Positions 53,701 to 64,000 of a stretch of 64,000 nt of DNA are shown piece by piece. Below the pieces are notes generated by a model. That model saw only the letters and a list, made by a program, of their open reading frames with translations, was not told where the DNA came from and did no database searches. The stretch comes from Bugula neritina (lineage: Eukaryota; Animalia; Bryozoa). The first letter of the stretch is position 1, and the number at the start of each line of letters is the position of its first letter. The DNA is taken from assembly GCA_964035545.1 (NCBI GenBank), contig OZ037767.1, positions 10,364,581 through 10,428,580 of the forward strand, given 5' to 3'. The position numbers and the translations under genes are program-made.

Positions 53701-53945
53701 TATCTAGTCTAGCTATGTGTTATACTGATGTATCACGTATGTTATTGGTATATCTTATGTGTAGAGTACTAATGGTAATCTCTGTAATGTAGGAGTTTGC
53801 TGGAGATGATGCTAGCGATCTTTACCTCGAGGAGCGAGAAAAGACGATACAGGAAGCTGCCGAGACGAAGAGGAAGCAGCAGATGGCCGTGCCGGGTATG
53901 CTGGGTCCTCACGATGCCGACGCAGACACTGAAATGACGGGCTAG
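44705..53945 (+). CDS. XPO1: Exportin-1 (CRM1), 18 coding exons, about 1078 aa
   Basis: Exons 44705-44815, 45165-45339, 46159-46265, 46356-46471, 46622-46736, 47097-47345, 47436-47819, 47947-48085, 48488-48617, 48703-48911, 51405-51568, 51724-51963, 52097-52279, 52408-52533, 52629-52776, 52889-53279, 53596-53692, 53793-53945. All are GT-AG, phases are consistent, total 3237 nt. Hallmark motifs: HPDAWTRVD, acidic loop [74 protein letters not shown]. Confidence 0.98.
46754..47058 (+). repeat. 23-bp minisatellite (about 13 copies) in XPO1 intron 46737-47096
   Basis: Unit acttactctctatgtctctatac, the same as the 49150-51404 array. Confidence 0.95.
48139..48494 (+). repeat. 28-bp minisatellite multiplying an XPO1 branchpoint plus acceptor (12 AGs)
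   Basis: Unit tatatctaacactatctgtatattacag; the exon begins TATATCTCACG at 48488. Confidence 0.95.
48938..49096. repeat. 21-bp minisatellite with two strictly alternating variants (42-bp higher-order unit)
   Basis: catcttatcatatatacacac alternates with catcttatcatatatacattc. Confidence 0.9.
49150..51404 (+). repeat. 23-bp minisatellite (about 100 copies) whose last unit is the XPO1 acceptor
   Basis: Unit acttactctctatgtctctatac; terminal unit acttactctctatgtctctgtag|AAACTCATGAT. Confidence 0.97.
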
Positions 53946-54570
53946 GCAGCGTTGCGCTGTACAAACTCTTACTACAGAGTGCTGTGACATGTGTTTAAAG
54001 TTGAAGTTCCATAAGAAATTATCTGCTCTTGGTTTTCATTATTTTTAGGCCTCATGTAATGAGCTGACAGGTTAAAGTAGCAATTTGAACACATACTCGT
54101 ATATAATGTAATATTAGAAATTTATATTCTTGATTAGTGAACTACAGCGATGCATAAATTCTGTAGTATGAACTACAGTCGTGCAGTTATGCTGTAGTAT
54201 TGCCGGTGCCCGTATATGATTATATCGAATCTTACACAGTATATAGTCTATATACGTTGTGTTACTCCACCATACTCATCTACGTGTCATAGTTCTTTCC
54301 TAGCTGACTTTCCTTTGTATGATATTCTTGAACTAGCTTTGTGATACTCTTGTATATACTGCTCTCTATCTTTCCCTATCCATTCTGGTGGTCAGTACAG
54401 CACAAAATCTACTGTCTGTCGGCAAGATGCTCATTGCTGTTACACTCTCAGCGATCACCTTTGCCATACCTTAGTTTTTTTCTACACTACCAACAAAATT
54501 CAAGTAAATCTCACTTAGTCATTACTTCTCTACTATTTTTTTGTTGTGATGTGAGCATATTTTTAAAATG

Positions 54571-54576
54571 AATAAA
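54571..54576 (+). terminator. Probable polyadenylation signal of XPO1
   Basis: AATAAA about 625 nt after the XPO1 stop. Confidence 0.55.
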
Positions 54577-55817
54577 AATTCTCTAAACTAATGAATTGTT
54601 GACTAGTAACTTCAGTGGTGTAGCCAGGCATTTATGAGGCTTATGTGAATAGAGATCTATTGTTGATAGAATTAATCCTAGTAGTAATTTGCTAGTTGCT
54701 ATTAAACTGATTTACTAGTAAAAGCACTACTTATTCAGTAACATACATGAGCAGCAGCATCAACATAAGTACTCGCGGCTGGGGAGAATTCTTGCTAAGG
54801 TATGTTGAAGGATTGTAAGCAGGGGCTTGATGCCTAGTTTAATAGGACCATGGAATATGATTTAATAAACGCAGTGTTGTCTTCCTGACCTTATTATTTC
54901 AAGGTATATGAATAAACTTTAAACTATTGTAACCTTTAGCCATAAGACTTCTCTCGGCATAAATCAACAATTTTTAGAAAACACTATGTTTACTATCGTG
55001 GCAACAATATAAGAGAGCTAGGGGAAAAGCATTGGACACACAGCAAGCTAAATTGTAGCTAAGAGATATACAAAGTAATGCATACCAAACTATTGCAACT
55101 CTAAAATAAAGTTCTAGATGCAGCAAGTTGATGCAATGTTTCAACACTTGAAGCAACTTCTAAAATTTGTAATTTAAGATGAATCTCATTGTTGTGCTAT
55201 GATTTAGCAGGCTGCAAATACAATGAGTCATCAGCATAGCACATTTCTGCTCATGCTAGATTAGTTTATCAGGTAGGCTTATAGGTTATAATAGGTGGCA
55301 AAGAAAAAAAGTCTAGACTTGGGGAAATACCAATTGATTTTATATTTAATTCATCAATTTTTATGTTTATGTAAATTGATATCATAGTACCTGAAAATGG
55401 CTTTTCAGGGAATAGCAAATATGTTATACATAGTTTTTAGAATTTTACATGCAAAGACTTGTTTTGGTACAGCAGTGCAGTACGAAAGTCCTTATATCAG
55501 TTGACTGCAGTAGGCTTATAATACATTATACCTATTCATAATATGAGATAAGCAAATGAATGATATGTTGGTTTAATACACAAATTGTTGTATATAAGCA
55601 AGGCAAAGTTTCATTCATGTTCAGCAGTTCATACATTCATTCAGTCTGGAATAAAAAACTCAAAAACACAACACTTGTCATACTAAATGAATGGTGAAAG
55701 TAGCTGCATATCACACCCTAACTCAAGCAATGGTTAGGAACTTTCTTTAACTGGGTGACTTAGAACTAGATGTTTCATTTCGAACTGCACAATAACCTAT
55801 AGATTATTTGGTTGGTG

Positions 55818-58800
55818 ATGCAAGGAAAGATGAATGCCCACATGTACCCAACTGTGATAGCAAAAGGCAGAGCAGTCGCCAAACCTCATGTTTCGTTAAC
55901 TTCCCGAGTCAACGCCAACACTCAACGGAAAATAGATAAGATCACTCGGTGAGTTTGTATTTAACTCTCATAAATAAATTTCAACTTATATACACTTATA
56001 GCCAATAGGTTGTTTCACTTAACTTTTGTTTAAAAAACTGCTGCAGCAAAAAATTTCAATTTAATAGCAAATTTTACTTAATAAAAAGTTGAAACAAATT
56101 TTCAAATTACCTTGTATATGATTTCAAATGTGCAACTGTGCCAACTCTTTGTGTCCAAAGTCTATAGCAAAAACTTTGTTTTAATGTTTTTGGATGCATG
56201 TGAATTACGTTGCTGTTACAAAATATGAGGTACAGTTAGTAAAGTGTACTTAACTACATGGATTTTAAACTAATATAGACTGCACATGCAGTTATGGAGG
56301 AAACAAGTCAAGCTGCATGCTTAAGTTACAAATCTATTTTTAGAAATGAAATTTCAGCTTCAATTATTTCTCCTGGGATAATCCAAAGCAGATTCTGGCT
56401 GCCAGAGTTTTACATGGTTGTAACTATATTTCTGAAATTTACCAGCTAGATAATGCTAAGCTAATTGGTATTCCTGAAGTTTTGTTGTTTTGCCTTCTGT
56501 CATATAGTGTAGGGGAGGGCAACCTACCGCACTATGCCATTTTTGCATGTCTCATTTGATCTCCTTTAGCCAATGCCAGTTATTTTGTTAAAATAGACTT
56601 TTAATATTTTCATAAACTGACTATAGACATGGTATATCCCTTATGGTGTCCAGTAAAACTGGCACAAGTGAAAATGGCACAAATTAAAGAGTAGGTAAAA
56701 ATGGCACATTTTCAATATTGGGGTAGGAGTTTGGGGTGAAGGTTTGAGCTTGATTGATTTATTATATATCACAGACATGAAAACGCGTTGTGAAATGCAC
56801 TATAAATACTCGCTATAATAGGTAGGCATGAACAAAAATTGGAAAAAAGTCACAACTCTGTTGGATTGTTTAAAATAAAAGATCATTCAAAGTATTTACA
56901 AGATGTATTAAAAAGTTATCTCTTCCCCATGCTCCTCTATATTTGATGGTTCGATATCTTCCAGAAGGGCATTGACTCAGAAAGTTATTGATGAAATGGT
57001 CATTGTCTGCTATATATTTGATGGCAAGTGCTTTAGTTAGTTTTTGAATATGCAAATCGATGTCATGATATACTCAATACCAAGTTTAGAGCAATCTTTG
57101 AAAATCCTTCCGATAGCCTTTTTACCACTTGCATAGATACAAGTAAAAATAATAGGTAGACAATAGGAGATGAGAGACATGATGAAACTTTTGAATAACA
57201 TATTTGCTAGAGGTTTAGAGCTAAGGTACACAAAATTCTTTACAATATACATTCTTCTTGATACTGTTGTAACCACTGATTGTACATGTTCATGAAATCT
57301 CAAATTCTGATCCACTAACACACCAAGGTATCTCACTTTATCAGACAATACAATGTTAGTTCCATTCAATACGAGAGTAGGGGTATGAGGTTTAGCACAT
57401 TGGGTTGAGAATATCATTTCTTGGGTGTTAGTCGGGTAAAGGGTTTGGGTTTGGACAAATTTAACATCTGTGTGCGATTTTTACCTACTTTTCCATTTGT
57501 GCCACTATACCTGTCCCAATTTTATCTACTATCAGTTTTTTATAATTCAAGCTCACAGGGTTGATCTGGTAGTGTAGTGAGTAAGTGCTCACTCGACATT
57601 GTTGAGCAATTAGTACAACACAGTAGGGGCATGTTTCATTCTTCATAGCTGAAATATAGCTGAAAATAGTGTGTATATGTAAGTTTCTCAATTATTAATT
57701 ATACTGGCATTTAATGAAACATCTGTTAGAGATCTTACAAATAATATTTTGTGGTGATTATTATAGAAAAGCTGTAAGTTGATTGTGTTTATTTATTCGG
57801 CGTAGACTTTCAAAAAATCTACACACTTCCAGGTAATCCTCATGCTCCAGAAGTTGCCTTCCCCTGATTTAATGTATTGTTGACTAGAATGGAAAACAAA
57901 ACTAATTCATTTTTAAACACGCTTCAGTAGAAACATTAGTTTCCTCCATTGCATGTTGGCCACTATCCTGTACTTAGGTAAATTAAGCCACAAATCTTCA
58001 CGCACCTTGTTCACATGCGTCAGTTTTGGAATCTCACTGCACTCCACCCTTCTCTTTGTAACACCTTAGACTTAAAACCCCAGTCTAGATCTCCTCTGTT
58101 GGTTGATGCTGCATCAAGTATTATTATTAGCCGTAGATGCAAGCAGCTTTTGAAAGTCAAAGGTCAAGATGCTGCTTTTCGCAGACTTATTGCCACAAGT
58201 GTGTGTTCCTCACAACATGTAAATATTCAAGCAGGTGTAGCCATACTCTTCAGTGCATACCATGCGTGCTTTCCAGCAACATCTGCAAAAAATTTGGTCA
58301 ATGCTCGTGTATTGGTTTGTTTTTAATGAAACTCATGTGGGTTAATAGTCACCATCCCTGGAGAACCCCTGATGAAAAGGAAGTCTAAAAGCAGGCTAGG
58401 GAGTTGTTTTCTATTGTAGTAAAGGAGCAATCATAACTGAATGTCCTTTTTAACACCATGCACTAATGGCCTTTACTAGGATTTAAACCGATGACCTTCT
58501 CTTTACTAAGCCACAGCTGCTTCTTTTAGTTACTTTTATTTTTAAAATTGTACCTAAATCTCTTGGATTGGGAAACAAATTCAATATATAAAATTATTTG
58601 TAAATGACTTTTGAATGTCACTTTCTAAAACCACCTGCACCTGCCTTTCAAATCTGCAGGACTAATGAGGCTCAGCTGCAGTCTAAATGGCAGTTGGTGG
58701 AGAAGGCGCAAGTCTTCTCTAATCTAGACTTCAAGAAGAAGCGAATTCTCGTGAAAGAGAAAATGAAGTTTTATCAAAACACTCTTGAGGGGTATCAACA

Positions 58801-61800
58801 GCTTCAACAGGTACATTAGATATATAGTAAGTGCATTAGTTATATAGTAAGTGTATTAGTTATATAGTAAGTGCATTAGTTATATAGTGAGTGTATTAGT
58901 TATATAGTAAGTGCATTAATTGTAGAGTAAGTGTATTAGTTATAGAATAGGTGTATTAGTCCTGTAGTAAGTGTATTGGTTATAGAGTAAGTGTATTAGT
59001 TATAGAATAGGTGTATTAGTTCTGTAGTAAGTGCATTAGTTGAAGAGTAGGTGTGCTAGATATAGAGTAGGTATGTTAGACTGTGGTGAAAAACTCAGGT
59101 AAATTATACACACATGAATATCATGATGAGTTTTGTGGTACTATGCCGAAACCCTCCCAAGTATTAGAGTGATATGTGTGTAGGAATTTAGTCTCATCCA
59201 AGAAGCACATGTATATAAACAATTATGAGAGTAGTTGAGGTGTGCATGTAGTTGTGATAAATTTAAAAGAACCTAAGCAGTCATTGGTGGTGCACCACCA
59301 GAGTGGTAACTAATGTTTCATTGGCTCAAATTTTACATGAGTGAAACATTTCTCTAGCTAGCTTTTTTAGTGGATGAAGTTGAATATTATTTTCAGCTGT
59401 ACTTGGTCTTCAACTACCAACAATTTGCTGAGGATATATTGTAAGTGTAGGAACAAACTTTTAAACAAATTAGTACTCATGCATTAGTAGATCTGGTTTA
59501 TTTTTGGTTCCAATTGTCAGAGTTGCAGTCGCAGCAGTAGAAGTCATGAAACTCCGTCTAGCCAGAAATGGACGACACCATCAAGCATCTTGCCTCCAAT
59601 AGTTAAAGGGAAATGTAAACCAATGAAAACCCCACTCCAGGAGGAAAACAATTCAGACTCAATTCGAAGAAAAAGGAAACCCTTTCTAAACAGCTCTACG
59701 GTTCGATGCTACTTGGACCTACACCGTTTACAGGTTTGACCTTTATGTTGGTACATATGTACTTGACGATTCACATTCTATGTCCTATGAATGGCTAAAT
59801 TTTTGTAGCAAGTACTATAGGGGTAAATATTTATAGATATGCAAAACAGTTTTATTGTAAACGTATGTATATTATATATATAACTCTTTTGATGTATTTT
59901 TAGAGCAAGCACGTTGCTCAATATCAGCGCTCGATGGACCAAATCCAAAAACTAGAACTTCAAACAGGAATTGCTTTCTCCTTAAATGTAAGAACTACAT
60001 AATTGTTACTATCACTATGTTCCATCAGGTAGCAGTTGAGGTCTAGTGACTCGAGTACTGGAGAATGTGTATGAGATCACGGGTTTGAATCCCATTAAAG
60101 CACAAGGTGTTTAGTGGTCACAATTGGTTTAATAAACTAAAGTTGAGCTAATGCAAGAAAATGGTTTATTTCTGCACCACAGTAGTGTAATATGATCACT
60201 CAAATAACTTATTGGTCTAAACATAATGGATGCAAATTAAATAAGCCTCAAAATTAAAACACGCCCATTCCAAAAGTTCATATTTTTTATATCTATTCCT
60301 GAAGAAGTAGATTTTCATTGAACATTCAGAGTTGTCTTATCTCCAGATAAAACGGAGCTTCTAGCATCTCTCAGCTATTAGATGTGAGCGGCCTAGTTCT
60401 TTCTGCCCCTTACTATTTTACTAAACTACAGTATTTTATCATAACTCACATGACTCTAATGTGCTTTGGTCTTGAGCAAAATAACTTGCATTTAGCAATA
60501 TTTCATACCATTGCTTTCTATTGTTCATATTAATTATGCAAAATGTGCCCATAAAATTCCATCCTTTTGAAAACCTAAACCCTTCCACATAATGTTTTGT
60601 GAGTTCAAGGCCGATTCAGACAAATACCCAGAATATATAATAATATTTAATATAACTATTAAAGTTTAACAATCCAACAAAAGTCAAACTTTGCTTTCAA
60701 TGATTATAGCTCATTACTTGTTTGGGCCTCAAAAATGTTTAACAAAATCTCGAAAAGCTCTAACTTTTATAATTCAAGTTATTACAAAGCACAATTTGTT
60801 TACTACCAAGGCAATGAACTAATACTAAAGCAGAACGGGAGACATAATGCCCCACCAAATTCTCATCGAATGTTAAATAATTTAAACTAAATAAGTCAGC
60901 ATGCTATGATACAAAGTCAGCACACATTTCAGGTGCCAAGACGCAGCTTTCCTACCCTCTGTTCTGATACTGAAGAGTCAGGTGACATGAACCGTATTAC
61001 CAGGATGAGACATCAAATAAAATCTACAGAGAATGCTGTTAACAAAGTTCAACAGAAACTTAAGGAGATGTCCAATAAGCTATATCAAGATCACAGTGCA
61101 GGCAAGTAACTGATGGAGTGTCCTGTGACTTCGCAGATTATAGTTGTTATATATATTATATAGTTTTTTGATACAAGATATATAAGCAAGTGCTTGAAGT
61201 CAATTCAAATTTATCATCATTGCAGTAGTGGTAATAGTGGTGGTAGGGGTAGTAGTGGCAGTGGTAGTGGTAGTGGTAGTGGTAGTGGTAGTGGTAGTAG
61301 TAGTGGTAGTGATAGTGGTAGTGGCAGTGGTAGTGGTAGTGGTAGTGGTAGTGATAGTGGTAGTGGTAGTGATAATGGCAGTGATAGTGGTAGTGGTAGT
61401 GATAATGGCAGTGGTAGTGGTAGTAGCAGTAATAGCAGCAGTAGCAGCAGCAGCAGATGTAGATTAGTGTATCAAGAGTGCAAAACCTATAGTGCAGTAA
61501 ATGGCCCTACATATAATCATACTTGAATATGTGGAGATTACAACACTGAAGCATTATGAAAATATATTTACACTCTACAAGTTTATATATTTGAAAAATA
61601 CTCCCTGTCAATATAGTAGGTATTATTAGTATTAGCTCTGATAGTAACATAGTGCATACTAAAACTATATAAAAATAGCTTTGTAATAATAAGTTTTTCC
61701 TTAACTTCTATAACAACAATCCAACTAATGTTTGTATATGTGAAGTATATTGTTTATATAATATTATTTTGACAGTTTCTGAGAAGACTAAATGTGACAC

Positions 61801-62428
61801 GGATAAGGAAGGAAAGAATGACACAAAAAGGTTATTTCACATTTTCTGTGAAAAAACTATGAAAGAAATCAGTTTCCACGAGAAGAAAAAGGTAAAAAAC
61901 CAATTTACCAATATTTCCAACTATAATTTGTGCAAAAATCAAAGCAATTTAGTCAGTATGTAGTTCTGCTTGCACTATAAAGTTTTCTCATTGTTTATAT
62001 TTTTGCTATGCTCTATCACATTTCTTTAGACTACAAAAGAGTCACCAGCCATTTCTCCAGCTTCTGCAACCTCGAACCACAAAACTGTAAAATATTCTTT
62101 GGACTTTTGCACATCTGCAGATGAAAATTTAAATGGTAAACCAACATCAAGCACTTTAATCAATTGTTTTCCAAAATATTGAGTTTTCCATTACAAAAAT
62201 ATACTGTGCCAACTGTAGTTTGGTGCTCATTTTAAATTGTGTACTATTGTTAATATAAGTCATGAATTATATATATATAGCATTGCATTATGACCATTTA
62301 ACAATTTTGTAGAAAAGACAATTCCTTTCTCAGATTCTTCAACAGATGCAGATTCTCAAAGTTCGGATGATGACCCCCGATTTAACATATTCAGTAAGAA
62401 AAAAGTTATCAAAAGAAGAAAACTCTGA
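55818..62428 (+). CDS. Uncharacterised ~361-aa protein, 8 exons, coiled-coil-like segments and a basic C-terminus
   Basis: Phase-consistent exon chain 55818-55948, 58660-58810, 59521-59733, 59904-59987, 60933-61101 (GC donor), 61776-61891, 62030-62135, 62313-62428 (TGA); 1086 nt with no internal stop. Begins MQGKMNAHMYPTVIAKG, ends FSKKKVIKRRKL*. No family recognised. Confidence 0.7.
56653..57525. mobile_element. Non-autonomous TIR element (MITE-like) interrupted by the LINE fragment
   Basis: Left taaaactggcacaagtgaaaatggcacaaattaaagagtaggtaaaaatggcaca matches the reverse complement of 57470-57525 (taaaattgggacaggtatagtggcacaaatggaaaagtaggtaaaaatcgcaca). G/T-rich internal sequence lies on both sides of the LINE. 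Confidence 0.65.
56750..57425 (-). mobile_element. 5'-truncated non-LTR retrotransposon (CR1/L2/Rex1-Babar-like) 3' fragment
   Basis: ORF 57037-57417 ...DKVRYLGVLVDQNLRFHEHVQSV...FKSFIMSLISYC (RT thumb and downstream region), frameshifted into PSGRYRTIKYR...NFLIHLVNTLN. 3' end has AATAAA and a short ATCA-type tail. Confidence 0.85.
58355..58523 (-). mobile_element. Diverged copy of the same SINE family
   Basis: Reverse complement gaagcagctgtggcttag...ggtttaaatcctagtaaaggccattag...cagttatgattgctcc...catcaggggttctc. Confidence 0.6.
58811..59082 (+). repeat. 20-bp minisatellite starting exactly at a donor GT
   Basis: gtacattagatatatagtaa then gtg(c/t)attagttatatagtaa-type units, decaying 3'-ward. 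Confidence 0.85.
60030..60110 (+). mobile_element. tRNA-like SINE head (degenerate)
   Basis: A-box-like gaggtctagtg and B-box-like gggtttgaatccc; no convincing cloverleaf. Confidence 0.35.
61224..61456. repeat. (GGTAGT)n / GYA-triplet microsatellite
   Basis: Intronic in the unknown gene; it produces the spurious GS-rich and poly-Val ORFs. Confidence 0.9.
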
Positions 62429-63660
62429 ACTAATTATTGTGGAAGCAGAACAGCAATTTGTGGACGCGATCTTTTAGTATAAATGCAATTCTGACTAGAT
62501 GTTGCAGTCTAAGCAGTTCATTTTTTAGAATTTGGAGTTGCTGTTCCAATTAGCTACAAATTTGCAGTTTTATTATGGCAAATAGATAATACTAGCTGAT
62601 AGCTAAAAAACTTTATGCCAAAGTGTGAATTACAAATGAAGATTAAAAAGGACACATGTAAATTTTATTATAGTTTATTATTGTATATATTATTTTGATA
62701 ACATTAACAAAAATAGCATACCTTCATAAAAGATAAAACACTATACATGATAACATAGGGGGAATAGAGTGCTGATATATAACGTAAAGTCTCTATCAAT
62801 AGCAACAGGATTGCAGGGATATAAGTGTCAGCAGATTCTGAGATGGGTGGGTACCTGAGGTACTCGATGGTGGGGCACACATCTCAAAGGAATTTGGGCT
62901 ATACACATCATTGAGTAAGAAAATGTGCTGAGCGATAAAGCAACGGATAAAAGGGTTAAAACTGAGATCATAGAAAATTGAATTTGTGTGTTTAATGGGG
63001 CCATTGGCATATATATAGCTGTTTCCAAAGCAAAAACTGCTACATTGCTATGAATACTAGATTTAGGAGTGAAAAATAAATACAAGGTTTGTACAAAGTA
63101 ATTTACATTCAACTGTACATCATTGTCATACAATTATCTAACCGACTCTAAAAACAAATTAAAAAACTGGGCGTGTTGTATAAACAGCGAACATACATCA
63201 GCGAACTAGTATCCACTGGCAAATTATGAGCAAGATATTGCATATATGGATGAGCAAACGGCATGTTGCATTTGATGAACTGTCCAGTGTGTACAACTAC
63301 ACTAAACAGTATGGAGCACTCAGCAAAATATTCTTATTTATAATACATGGAGTTAAAAACCTTACCCAAGGAATATAATGTACAGCACCAAATGCTAACG
63401 TTAACTGTTTATGATAGAAGGTAAAAAGAGGGGAGCATAACACCTGGAAATATTAGACCACTGGAGGGACCTCAACTGACTGGGCTGAGATCTGAACTTG
63501 GCAAGACATATTAAAATATAACAGCACCTAATACTAAAATATGGAGCAATAATCTCTATAGAATATTCAGTTTTTTTTCTCACTAACCACAAAGTTAAAA
63601 ATACTCAGGAAACAGTAATATGATATAAAGTGATAAAACAACGTATGATGGTGGAGCCGC

Positions 63661-63795
63661 TTATTCTTTCAGAGGATCTCCAAACAATTTGTTTAGAATG
63701 GAGTTTCTTCGTCTTCCAGGATTAACATTTTCAGCCGTTTCTCTGCTATTTCCTCTAGTTTCTCTGCGGTCAACATTCTGCTGTTGCACCTGTTG
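63661..63795 (-). CDS. Probable terminal coding exon of a minus-strand gene extending beyond the window
   Basis: Acceptor ttctattacag precedes 63795. Two open readings: phase 2 NRCNSRMLTAEKLEEIAEKRLKMLILEDEETPF* (stop 63693) or phase 0 QQVQQQ...GDPLKE* (stop 63661). Frame unresolved. Confidence 0.45.
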   Translation of the reverse strand, partial: QQVQQQNVDRRETRGNSRETAENVNPGRRRNSILNKLFGDPLKE

Positions 63796-63810
63796 CTGTA
63801 ATAGAATTGG

Positions 63811-63995
63811 TACAAGGTGATTGTCACACAGTGAGTACATAGAAACTGCAAGGTGATTGTCACACAGTGACTACATAGAAACTACAAGGTGATTGTCACA
63901 CAGTGAGTACATAGAAACTGCAAGGCGGTTATCACATAGTGACTACATAAAAACTGCAAGGTGGTTATCACATAGTGACTACATAGTAACTACAC
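63811..63995. repeat. 36-bp minisatellite next to a minus-strand acceptor
   Basis: caaggtgattgtcacacagtgagtacatagaaactg, about 5 copies. Confidence 0.85.
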
Positions 63996-64000
63996 AGTTC

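Noticed and set aside
61194-61526. GS-rich and poly-Val ORFs
   Set aside because: (GGTAGT)n microsatellite inside an intron.

Overview
AT-rich, intron-containing animal (invertebrate-type) nuclear DNA; the species cannot be fixed from sequence alone. Genes: (1) the last coding exon of a SMOC/SPARC-type EF-hand gene (+, 141-332); (2) a multi-exon RalGAP alpha-subunit gene (-, 40119 to 2071); (3) a complete 18-coding-exon exportin-1/CRM1 gene (+, 44705-53945, about 1078 aa), transcribed divergently from RalGAPA; (4) an 8-exon, about 361-aa gene I cannot assign to a family, which needs a GC-AG intron (+, 55818-62428); (5) the probable last exon of a minus-strand gene at the right edge. Mobile DNA: an ISL2EU/PIF-Harbinger-type transposon relic with about 870-bp inverted arms inserted into a decayed LINE, a LINE 3' fragment nested in a MITE-like element, and tRNA-derived SINEs. 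Most long ORFs in the supplied track are minisatellite artefacts. The most striking unexplained structure is that many introns carry their own private minisatellite whose unit contains or abuts the splice signal. This produces arrays of 3-20 duplicate donors or acceptors, a possible in-frame micro-exon array, and a 2.27-kb AG-free branchpoint/polypyrimidine array. CRM1 also has Asn at a normally conserved Leu of the NES/inhibitor-binding groove. All coordinates were counted by hand.
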